Assembly: GCF_001194135.2 (NCBI RefSeq)
Contig: NC_068990.1
Location: 5,496,963 to 5,560,962, forward strand
Source of the DNA: Octopus bimaculoides
Taxonomy: Eukaryota
Length of the DNA: 64,000 nt
Reading direction: 5' to 3'
Part shown: one piece after another, positions 53,006-64,000 of the stretch
Layout of the letters: every line of letters starts with the position of its first letter
Position numbering within the stretch: the stretch's first letter is position 1
Position numbers and translations under genes: made by a program
The notes under the pieces: model-generated
Told to the model about the DNA's origin: nothing
Database searches by the model: none
The model's input: the letters and a program-made list of their open reading frames with translations, nothing else

Positions 53006-53246
53006 AATACTTAACAGCATTACAATATGTACGTTTCGCTACAGTGTGTGGCAGGACGGTGTTAGTATGATGCGTACGTTCATAGTACTTCACAAGTTCG
53101 TTAATAACTTCTGTGCGCGCGTGCGTGTGTGTAATTTTTTTTTTCTTTCGAAAAAGTTGTTTTTACACAATTTCTTGGAAGCACTCAGGTTGAACCCGCG
53201 ACGTTAGATATATAACTTGGTTTTAGAAGCGACAAAAATTTAGATA

Positions 53247-53980
53247 ATCATTCTATAGTTATGATTTACATCAACCTAATAAATGAATATAACATAAAAT
53301 TACATCGAGACAAGGAACATATTTATATATTATTTAGAATAGAAATAAGAGTTATGAGGTAAAAATATACGTGAAAAGAATAAATAAATAAATAAAGGTT
53401 GATATATTGATTAAAAATTATATTAAATTTAAGGTTAAAAAACGTTGAATTAACGATTAAAAGTTGTAAGATACATCGGCAGTAGTGAGAAATCCTAATG
53501 ATGGATTTAAAAATTTAAAGTTTTTATTTTCTTTTCTCTAACATGTCTTCAGAGTTAATTGATTATCTATTTACTTATTCCTGAATGAGGGGACATTGAC
53601 AGTGTAAATCTAAAGGATTCACACCTTGTTGACTAATGGATTCCAGAAACTACCGACGAATTGCTTCATATATGACGTTACAACCCTCTGTAAACATTTC
53701 TTCAGAACTCTTCTAAACTTTTAAATCCATCATTAGGATTTTTCACTACTGCTGATGTATCTTACAACTTCTTAATCATTAATTCAACGTTTTTTAACCT
53801 TAGATTTAATAAAATTTTTAATCGATATATCAACCCTCATTTATTTATCCCTTTCACGTATATTTTTACCTCATATAAATCTTATTTCTATTCTAAATAA
53901 TAAATAGTTATGTTCATAGTCTTGATTTAATTTTATGATATATGCATTCATGTTGATGTAAATCATAACAATAGAATGAT
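53247..53980. mobile_element. Large foldback element, arms about 270 bp
   Basis: 53247-53520 is the imperfect reverse complement of about 53712-53980, e.g. atcattctatagttatgatttacatcaac / gttgatgtaaatcataacaatagaatgat. Confidence 0.88.
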
Positions 53981-55096
53981 CATTTAAGTTTTTGTCTCTT
54001 CTAAAACCAAGTTATATAATGTATGTATATATATATATATNNNNNNNNNNNNNNNNNNNNNNNNNNNNNNNNNNNNNNNNNNNNNNNNNNNNNNNNNNNN
54101 NNNNNNNNNNNNNNNNNNNNNNNNNNNNNNNNNNNNNNNNNNNNNNNNNNNNNNNNNNNNNNNNNNNNNNNNNNNNNNNNNNNNNNNNNNNNNNNNNNNN
54201 NNNNNNNNNNNNNNNNNNNNNNNNNNNNNNNNNNNNNNNNNNNNNNNNNNNNNNNNNNNNNNNNNNNNNNNNNNNNNNNNNNNNNNNNNNNNNNNNNNNN
54301 NNNNNNNNNNNNNNNNNNNNNNNNNNNNNNNNNNNNNNNNNNNNNNNNNNNNNNNNNNNNNNNNNNNNNNNNNNNNNNNNNNNNNNNNNNNNNNNNNNNN
54401 NNNNNNNNNNNNNNNNNNNNNNNNNNNNNNNNNNNNNNNNNNNNNNNNNNNNNNNNNNNNNNNNNNNNNNNNNNNNNNNNNNNNNNNNNNNNNNNNNNNN
54501 NNNNNNNNNNNNNNNNNNNNNNNNNNNNNNNNNNNNNNNNNNNNNNNNNNNNNNNNNNNNNNNNNNNNNTATATATTTGCATACATACATACCTATATAC
54601 ATATTTATACATCTTCGATATATTTTAACATATTTATGTATCAATGTCCACGTCTTGATATTTTTAAAAGTATCAATTACTATGTATTCTTAATGTATTC
54701 ATATATGTATATATTTATAATATATCTATATATTCATATATTTTTAATGTATTTATGTGTTTTGATATACTCTATATGATAATTAAGTATGTGCATCTGG
54801 AGATTCTTCTATATCCATTCTATTGATGAAAGCGAGTCGGATTATTGTTTGTAGACTGAATTATCTAGTGCTATATTCACTTATATATGCATCTTTTGTC
54901 TCAAGTCTGAACTTCTTGAGCACTTCTAAGTGCAACCTTTAATCTGAGGGACAATAGGAGTATATCATGTATTCTTTCTCAAATATAACTACATATGTAT
55001 ATATATCTATATATAAGTGTATATATGTAAGTATATTTATATATATAGATATACACATATATACATATATATATACATACGCACATATACATACAC

Positions 55097-55129
<33 letters not shown>

Positions 55130-55511
55130 NNNNNNNNNNNNNNNNNNNNNNNNNNNNNNNNNNNNNNNNNNNNNNNNNNNNNNNNNNNNNNNNNNNNNNN
55201 NNNNNNNNNNNNNNNNNNNNNNNNNNNNNNNNNNNNNNNNNNNNNNNNNNNNNNNNNNNNNNNNNNNNNNNNNNNNNNNNNNNNNNNNNNNNNNNNNNNN
55301 NNNNNNNNNNNNNNNNNNACATATATGCATATATATATATAGATATACATACATATATATGTATATATATATGTATGTATATCTATATATATATACATAT
55401 AGATGTATGTATATATGTATGTATATAGATGTATATATATATTCTTCACCTCAAACTCCATTCTTCACCAAGTGCCACATATTGTAAGAGGCTCCCTGTA
55501 AAAACAGTGTA

Positions 55512-55562
55512 GCAACATGGTGGTGCATCAGCATGGCCGCAGCTCTAAGCTGAAACTTTAAA
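55512..55562 (+). mobile_element. SINE-A/CR1-type 3' tail fragment
   Basis: ggtggtgcatcagcatggccgcagc..gctgaaac. Confidence 0.6.
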
Positions 55563-55617
55563 AAAATATATATATATGTATGTATTTATATNNNNNNNNN
55601 NNNNNNNNNNNNNNNNN

Positions 55618-55666
<49 letters not shown>

Positions 55667-57860
55667 ATACATATGTATGCATGTATGTATATATGTATAT
55701 GTATATATATATATATGTCTTTTTATCTATATATGTATATATATGTTTATATATTTTCATAGATACATACGTGTGTGTGTGTATGTGTGTGTATGTGTGT
55801 GTGTGTGTGTGTGTTTATGTAGATAAGGGTGTGAGCTGGTAGAATAGGTAACAGACCAGGCAAAATGCTCAGTGGCATTTCGTCTGTCTTTACAATCTGG
55901 GTTCAAATTTCGCCGAGGTCGAATTGAGTGATTTGGTTGGGATTTACAGCAAAATCATTCATTGTTTTATAGATCAGCAGCACGGTGTATGTGACTGTCT
56001 CGCCAAAAATTGGGAAGGAAAAACGCCTACAACTTTAATAACTATGGTATAGATGTTCGTCTGCACTGATTATCCTGATTGTCAGAGGTGCGCAAGGACA
56101 TGTTACAAGAAATTCGCTTAAAAGCCTAAAATTGCTGGATTCTTCAAAAGACAATAAAGCACACTGATTCAAACTCTCAAAATACACCAGATCTGTGGCA
56201 CAGCAAAAATTTGTATCACAATCCGAGGATTCTAAATTTCAGGTTTCTGAGATGAACATATGTACACAAATACATGTAAAGAACTGAATACACACACACA
56301 TACACATGCACACATGCACACATGCACAATCTCCAGCAACTATTTTGACTTAAACTAAAGTGTCTTGTCACTTCTTCTTTTGTGTCCTGCTGGAAATCTG
56401 CAAAGGTAAATCTTAAGTGAAACCGTTTCCAAAGAGAAACGCGTATCACTCACGTGCATAGACTTACTTTCACATACACACATATATATGTAGGTGTATA
56501 TATATATATATATNNNNNNNNNNNNNNNNNNNNNNNNNNNNNNNNNNNNNNNNNNNNNNNNNNNNNNNNNNNNNNNNNNNNNNNNNNNNNNNNNNNNNNN
56601 NNNNNNNNNNNNNNNNNNNNNNNNNNNNNNNNNNNNNNNNNNNNNNNNNNNNNNNNNNNNNNNNNNNNNNNNNNNNNNNNNNNNNNNNNNNNNNNNNNNN
56701 NNNNNNNNNNNNNNNNNNNNNNNNNNNNNNNNNNNNNNNNNNNNNNNNNNNNNNNNNNNNNNNNNNNNNNNNNNNNNNNNNNNNNNNNNNNNNNNNNNNN
56801 NNNNNNNNNNNNNNNNNNNNNNNNNNNNNNNNNNNNNNNNNNNNNNNNNNNNNNNNNNNNNNNNNNNNNNNNNNNNNNNNNNNNNNNNNNNNNNNNNNNN
56901 NNNNNNNNNNNNNNNNNNNNNNNNNNNNNNNNNNNNNNNNNNNNNNNNNNNNNNNNNNNNNNNNNNNNNNNNNNNNNNNNNNNNNNNNNNNNNNNNNNNN
57001 NNNNNNNNNNNNNNNNNNNNNNNNNNNNNNNNNNNNNNNNNNNNNNNNNNNNNNNNNNNNNNNNNNNNNNNNNNNNNNNNNNNNNNNNNNNNNNNNNNNN
57101 NNNNATATATATATATATATATACACGCTGTGTATTTGTGTATTGTATAGATGTTGTAGCCTTACAAAAAGGATTTAAATAATATTGCTTCTACCATAGC
57201 ATATTTGTTTCATAGAATTCACGTGCATTGCAAAACAGAATAACATTACAAGAATAAAAATAAACTTGTTTCCTAATGTTTAAAAATAAAGTTAAATTAT
57301 TTAAGACCTAAGAAGTCAAACTTTGAATAACTCATCAAAACAGCTATTTTGATCTGGTTATTACACCAGATAATTCACCGATAGAAATAAAATAGAAATG
57401 TCGGCACTGAAAGCAATGAATTACATCATATTTGTTTTGGTAATTATTTTCTTTACATATATTTGATTATTTTGCTTGAAAAGCGTATAAAAATAAGGTT
57501 GAAATTTCTAATTCATTTAATGGTCTTTTTTTTTTTTATGATGGATATAATTTATTCCTCACACATTGCTTTTATATTTCTGCAGAAATATTATTTTGTG
57601 TAGCCAGTGTGCAGTAAAAAAAATGCATTGTAGGAATTAATGGATTCTACTGTAAAGAATATGGATAATCCATAATGAAAGGTTCTGTTCCTGGTGATGA
57701 TGCGATCGTTATAATAATTATATGATTTTTCACAACACCAGCGTGAGGTCACAACAAATAAGATAGAAGTCTGTTCGGTTGAATCAGCTCCGATATTTTC
57801 ACTACTTCCACAAAGAGATGAATGTCGAGGGCAAACTATATAAAATTTAGTTAAAAATTA

Positions 57861-57865
<5 letters not shown>

Positions 57866-57940
<75 letters not shown>
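57866..57940. repeat. (GA)n microsatellite
   Basis: Seen directly. Confidence 0.95.
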
Positions 57941-57945
<5 letters not shown>

Positions 57946-58574
57946 TGGGAGGAGAAACAAAATACTAAAAGTCTGAACGGCCCACATTAATAATTTCATT
58001 ATTATGCTGTTTTCAGTCATTGACTTCTGGCTATGTTGAGCCATTACCTTCAATGATAGAGTAGTTGATTCATAGATATTTTACCAAACTCAGACGAATG
58101 AAAAACGAGATTTGACGAATGCAAGATTGGAACTCAGAACGAAAGGGAAACGTAACTAAATTCCACTACTAGATATGTCTCCTTTTCATCTTTAGCAATT
58201 TTCCATGTTTATTTATCTTGTATGTTTATTAATCTTCCCTGTTTAGCAATCTTGTTTGTTTAATAATTATTCACGCTCAGTAATCGTGCTGCATAGTGAT
58301 ACATTTAATATGATTTTATAACATACAATTATTACATATGCAATAAGGCCTCATATTAGTAGGAGAGTGGTATTGTTTGACATCAGTACATGCCTATATA
58401 TTGTATCGATCTTTGAAGGGTGAAAGGTATATTCGACATTGGCGTTATTTGAACTCAAAATAGCAGAAACAATTAATTAATTCAGTATTTTAAATACGAT
58501 GATCTCTTTCTTTTCTGTCATTCCATTATGCTACAAACGTAACAAAAGTTAACGATAGCAGTTACTATTATCTA

Positions 58575-58665
58575 ACTCCAAGACAAAATGCTTAGCTGTA
58601 TTTCTTCTGGTTCCTTACGCTCTGAGTTCAAATTCTGCCGAGTTTGACTTTGCCTGTCATGCTTT
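58575..58665 (+). mobile_element. SINE family B head fragment
   Basis: gacaaaatgcttagctgtattt..tacgctctgagttcaaattctgccgagtttgactttgcc. Confidence 0.7.
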
Positions 58666-58897
58666 CCCCATATATAGATCCAGACCAGCCCTAGCCTAAT
58701 TGATTGACTAACGAGGATTTTCCAGCCGTGATCATTTTCTCTTTTGTGTTATAGCATATGCATGACTATATTGTCCAATGTATCTCCATTTCGAAACAAT
58801 AGGGTATGGTTGTAGCAGATTTGGCTGCTCTTTCTAACAAGCCGAGTGACTGCACAGTCACACATCACATTGGCTCGCTGAAGAGAGTAATGTTCAG

Positions 58898-58898
58898 A

Positions 58899-58956
<58 letters not shown>

Positions 58957-58982
58957 CCTATCTATTTATCTATCTATCTATC
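58898..58982. repeat. (CTAT)n microsatellite
   Basis: Seen directly; a complementary (GATA)n lies at about 59293-59357. Confidence 0.95.
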
Positions 58983-59159
58983 TCTTTTAAGGGTAAATGC
59001 CTAACCGTTCTCTGCTGTCCTTACAGCTCTACTATGATCAAATTTACTTTCTTCCCTGCAAAATGCCAACCAGATTCGACGCTTCCAAAGTTTGTTTAAA
59101 AAGATGTCGCATTTGAAAGCGATAATTTAGAATTGAATATGAGGGTAATTGCTGTCGGA

Positions 59160-59230
59160 GACCGTTTAGCTTAATGGTTAAAGCACTCAGCCGGTGTATG
59201 AGGGCTCCGGGTTTGAGTCCCGTAGCCGCC
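59160..59230 (+). pseudogene. tRNA-like sequence (tRNA pseudogene or SINE head)
   Basis: A box TAGCTTAATGG, B box GGTTTGAGTCC, recognisable D, anticodon and T arms; mismatched acceptor stem. Confidence 0.6.
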
Positions 59231-59294
59231 TTCCGGCAGCTTTCCCCCGTCCCCTTCTTACAAGGGTACATACCCATTCTTTCTCGAGACAGAC

Positions 59295-59357
<63 letters not shown>

Positions 59358-60339
59358 CAGGTGAGGCTGGTCTATGGCGATGCTGATTCTGCATCACCAG
59401 CAGCACTCGAAGATACATCGGATAATCCGGAAACATCTTCAAGGAGCCACAGATCCTCGTTCATGCTCCCGGAGAGACGTTATGCCACGTCCTTAGCCAG
59501 CCAAGTGTGACGCCTGAATGACGAAGGGATTCCATACGTAATCTCACGAAAGACCTTTGAAAAACCGGGCCCTACATCAACAGGAGCAAGAGTTGCGCAA
59601 GCTGTGCACAGCTGAACTGGCGAGGATATCAAAGAACTCCCTCGACCAGGAGAACATCTTAAATTCAAATCCCAGGACGAAAGTCTTCGGACACTGCTTA
59701 CTCTTCAGACGACTTCTACTCAATTCCCGGTACCCGTAAGCTGACTAGATGGATTCTGGATAGCGGTCTAAGGGAGACAATCCTTTGCACATGACCTTTC
59801 TCCTTTGTCGGTGTGTTCAACACTTAGTCACGAGATCTTTTCCTTCTCCACCTTGAAGAGGTCATCGGCTATTAGGGTGTGATGAGACGTTGTAAAGTTA
59901 AGCGCTTTATGGACGTTAAACCTTGGATAACCCCATAGACCGGCCAAAACTACCTTTATCTAAATACTCTATTGCTCTAAAACTTACAGTGTGCTTCTCT
60001 TTCGGACTTATGATTTACTGACAAGACACCCCACACACAGACACACACATAAACACATTCACCGATGCATGTGTATGCATGTGTGCATATGTATGAGCAT
60101 GTATGTCTCAAACGGCAGCCACACCTGTAGACCAATAACATATGGTATTTCTTGCTTGGATTTCCTTCTTTTTGCTCGTTTTCTTTTCAAATTTCGCATG
60201 GACTTGTTTCCTCTTCTATCCGAGGAAGCACACTTCCGAAACTTTATACTCATCAACTATTTTCCTTCGCCTCTAGATTCAGATTAATAGCATTAGTCGT
60301 AAACGTGTCGCGCTTGATTCAGTTTTAAGTTTGTATTTT

Positions 60340-60358
60340 GTCCTTTGCCATACACACA

Positions 60359-60407
<49 letters not shown>

Positions 60408-60798
60408 NNNNNNNNNNCACATTCACACACACACACACATACACACACACACACACACATACAAACACACACAAGTACACACATACACACGCACAGAAAA
60501 ACAAGCACACACATGTATATGTAGACACACATATGTATATATATATATATATATATATTTATATACAAATATGCCTCCGTCCGTTCGTACGTGTGTGTGT
60601 GCGCGCGCACATGTGCATGTATGTTTGTACACATCTTGAATGCATATCTTTGTGCAGTTCAGAGATGTGCACATACTTCTAATTATATGTGGATACAAAT
60701 ATGAGCGAATACGCATAATTATACATATTCGCATTTTCTTTGTATTGCTCTCTCTCTCTCTATATATATATATATGTATATATGTATATATGTATGCA

Positions 60799-60875
<77 letters not shown>

Positions 60876-61000
60876 ATATATATGTGCATATATATATATA
60901 TGTGTGTATATATTTATGTGTGTGTGTGTGTATGTGTGTCTGTGTGTTCGTGTGTACGTATGTATGCGTACATTTAAATAAATACACACATACAGCGATA
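60340..61000. repeat. Compound (CA)n/(TA)n/(TG)n microsatellite field
   Basis: Seen directly; similar fields flank the N gaps throughout the window. Confidence 0.95.
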
Positions 61001-63966
61001 AAGGAATACACACACGCAGGCGTATATGTGCATACGCATATCGAAAACAGCAGAAACTAATTGATATAGTCAGTTAGCGGGGAAGAGACTATAATTATAG
61101 ACTAGAAGAACGAACCGAGTGTTGTGGCGCCAGAGACAGACAACTGTTGCATGCTTTGAATGAACAATACCGTTTTAAAGGTGGAAGAATAGACCAGATA
61201 ATAAGGATGCATGTTAAAATTGAACAGTTAAACTGTTAGAAGAGAAGAAATAATAATATAATTTTTAGGTTCAAGGTAGCTTGAACAGCGAGAGGTTGAA
61301 ACACATGGTTAACAAATTTGAGATCTTTTCTTGTTAGATAACTGAGAGAAAGCTTACACTGTGTTTTTCTAAGTATGGAAGTAAAGCTATATGGTCATAC
61401 TTACCGTATTCTTTTATCATTTAATTGCTGGTAGGGACATCGTATTTCGTTTAGCAGCTATAATATAATATCGAGTATATTAAAAGCTTTATAAGTCAAT
61501 ACTGTTTCCTACCTTTTTGTGTTAACAGAGCGATTCAATCATTTTAAAGCTATCTCTACACATATTCTATAGAATTTAGAGCCAACATTGAAAGTTACGA
61601 CGTTTCGTATCTGAACGCGTCCATGTACACAATACCTAATGGCTGTATATGCATGTTTCAGGAGTTATTTATCTTTTTACAGCACCATATCCAACCCTTT
61701 AACCATGTATATACACCCATTACCCATTTTCCTATCTTCGAGCGCATTGTTTATATAGAGGCATTCGTATACGAAACGTCGGGACATGCAGTACTGTAGA
61801 GATAAATTTAGTTTCTAATTCTGACATATTTTGTAAGGACATTGGGTTCTCCTTTCTATTTGGGTCAGAATTAGATGTGCTGATCGCATAAAAAGCTACT
61901 AATTGAAAGATAGCTGGTTTGCATTTCATGCTAAGCTTTATTAGGTCGGAATGTTTAGTGTCTCAGCACCCATTCAACTTTGTGAGATTGGGAGAACGTA
62001 TATTCCCTAAAGTATCAATATGCAGAAAAATATTTATTGACATTTTCAGCTTATTTAATACTAAGGACTACGCTTGCCGTAAAAATATTAAGTGCACATA
62101 AATGCGTATAACTATGCATGTATGTATATGCATATATGATATAACATATATGTTATAATTATATTTCATTGTATTATATCATATTCACATGTGAATAACT
62201 GTGGTTCAGGCACTAAATTATTTATAAGTATTTGTATGACGTAATTTTGTTAAAGGCATAAACAGTTTTCAGATCTGAAACAAGCTTTCAATATTATCGT
62301 TGTCTTTCAATAAATTCCCACAATAGGTTTTAAATTGTATAGCTAAATAACTTTTAAAACAGTCGTTCATTTCCGTTACCTTATAATTACGAATTCTTTT
62401 TCCATATATACATTGGAGTTGGTTGGAATTTTAGTCTTTAGAAATGACTTTTACAGGATTTTTGCCAGGAATACGAGATGAAAGAATCTGCGATAAAAAA
62501 AGGGATTATGCGTATTATTAGGACTTCGATTATGAAGTTCAATTGAAGATTTGATAGTGCGATTAATGTGACAGATTAGATGCATCATTTTAGATTCTGT
62601 ATCGATTCAATGAATTAGTTGAGCAGATCCCTTTTTACTTCCGCTTGTGCTTCTCTACAGAATATATTTGCAAATTGTTTTGCATTGAACATTATGCGTT
62701 AAGGAAGTATTCTTCAAATTCAAATTACACTTCTGCTTACAAGACTGAGCCGTGAAGACTTTTTGCAAAGAATTTCAGTTAAGTATAGCGAACCGTTGAT
62801 AACTAAAGACATCATTTATGGAAATGTGCAGCACATATAAGAAGATGCGAAGTAACAACCTTTGGGTTAATCATTAATTCTAACGAAGCTCTAAAACAAA
62901 GATGGACTACATCAGTATTGAAAGCAGGTAGGATATAATGAGAGCGAAGAAATTAAAGAATATTCTGTGTTCAGATGTGCACAGGTGAGGATATAGATGG
63001 ATGTGTTAAAACGAAAAGAAGCTAAAATTGTCATGGTAGTTGTGGCTGTACTCCAACAGCAGCAATAAGAACAACAATCTACAAAACGAAATTCATCCCA
63101 TCCATCCTAAAAAGAAAAGAAAAGAAAGGGAGGGAGAAATCACTATATGATATAATTACTACTGAATATTATACTTGGTGTGAGAAACAGCATTTGAAAC
63201 AAAAAATCCATTGAAATATTACGTGTAGAAATATAAGTTGAGTATAAAATGCATTTAGTTAAACGTTAGTTGTTTAGCGCTTTACCAGCTCTGATTAAAT
63301 ATACTTCTGAAGCTATTCCTGATACGACCAGTCTTTTTTTCTGACGTAGTATATCCCATCTAGAGCTAATTTTCAAGCGTATCCCTCACTTTAAACATGG
63401 GAGAATGTGATTTGAGAGAAATGTGTATCCTATTTCTAACAGGATAGAAACCTCGTACATTTTGAGGTAATGCTAGGTAGAAATGAAGTATAGCAGTATA
63501 TATTGCACGAAAAAATATTCTTTATACTTTGTTGAGACAAAGTATGTCTGTGAAAAATTGTAGCGATAGAGGAATACCGTGCAGTCGGGTGGAGGAACTC
63601 TTCGCAGGTAGTTGTAGAATAAAGATTAGCTTTTATATAAAAGAAATTAATAATATATTCAGTACAAAAGATTAACTGAACTGAATATCACACAAAAGGA
63701 ATGACAATCCAAATGCAGAGTTAAATTTAAATATAGCATATATCGCATTGTCGACGTTTATGAATAGGGATAAGAATAATGGGCGTGCTAAACGTAAGAT
63801 GGAAAATAATTGTATGAAGATATAAGGCATGAATAGATATTACATGTGCATAAGTGAGGGATCCGGTCGCGTATTCTTTGAATGTATTATATTTAAGTCA
63901 GTACAATGTGGAAGTTTGGTTGAGAACATATCTCGAACTATATTTCTGTGTGGGTGTATCAAGTGC

Positions 63967-64000
<34 letters not shown>

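Overview
AT-rich animal genomic DNA, almost certainly intronic or intergenic, and inferred (not searched) to be octopus. The inference rests on the (TA)n/(CA)n-flanked N gaps and on SINE/LINE families I recall from cephalopods. No long intact ORF is present. Most sequence is decayed transposons: RTE, CR1 and L1/Tx1-type LINE fragments, Penelope-like (PLE) termini and RT/EN remnants, several tRNA-derived SINE families (two copies with clear TSDs), Tigger- and hAT-type MITEs, and many foldback inverted repeats. Three signals stand out. (i) Hammerhead-ribozyme-like folds sit in PLE termini, one of them next to a candidate signal-peptide exon. (ii) Small minus-strand exons with strong splice sites can be joined in phase into two short secreted-protein models, one with a KR cleavage site; these were assembled by eye and are unproven. 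(iii) Several near-perfect hairpins could form dsRNA. All TE family calls come from motif recognition, not database hits.
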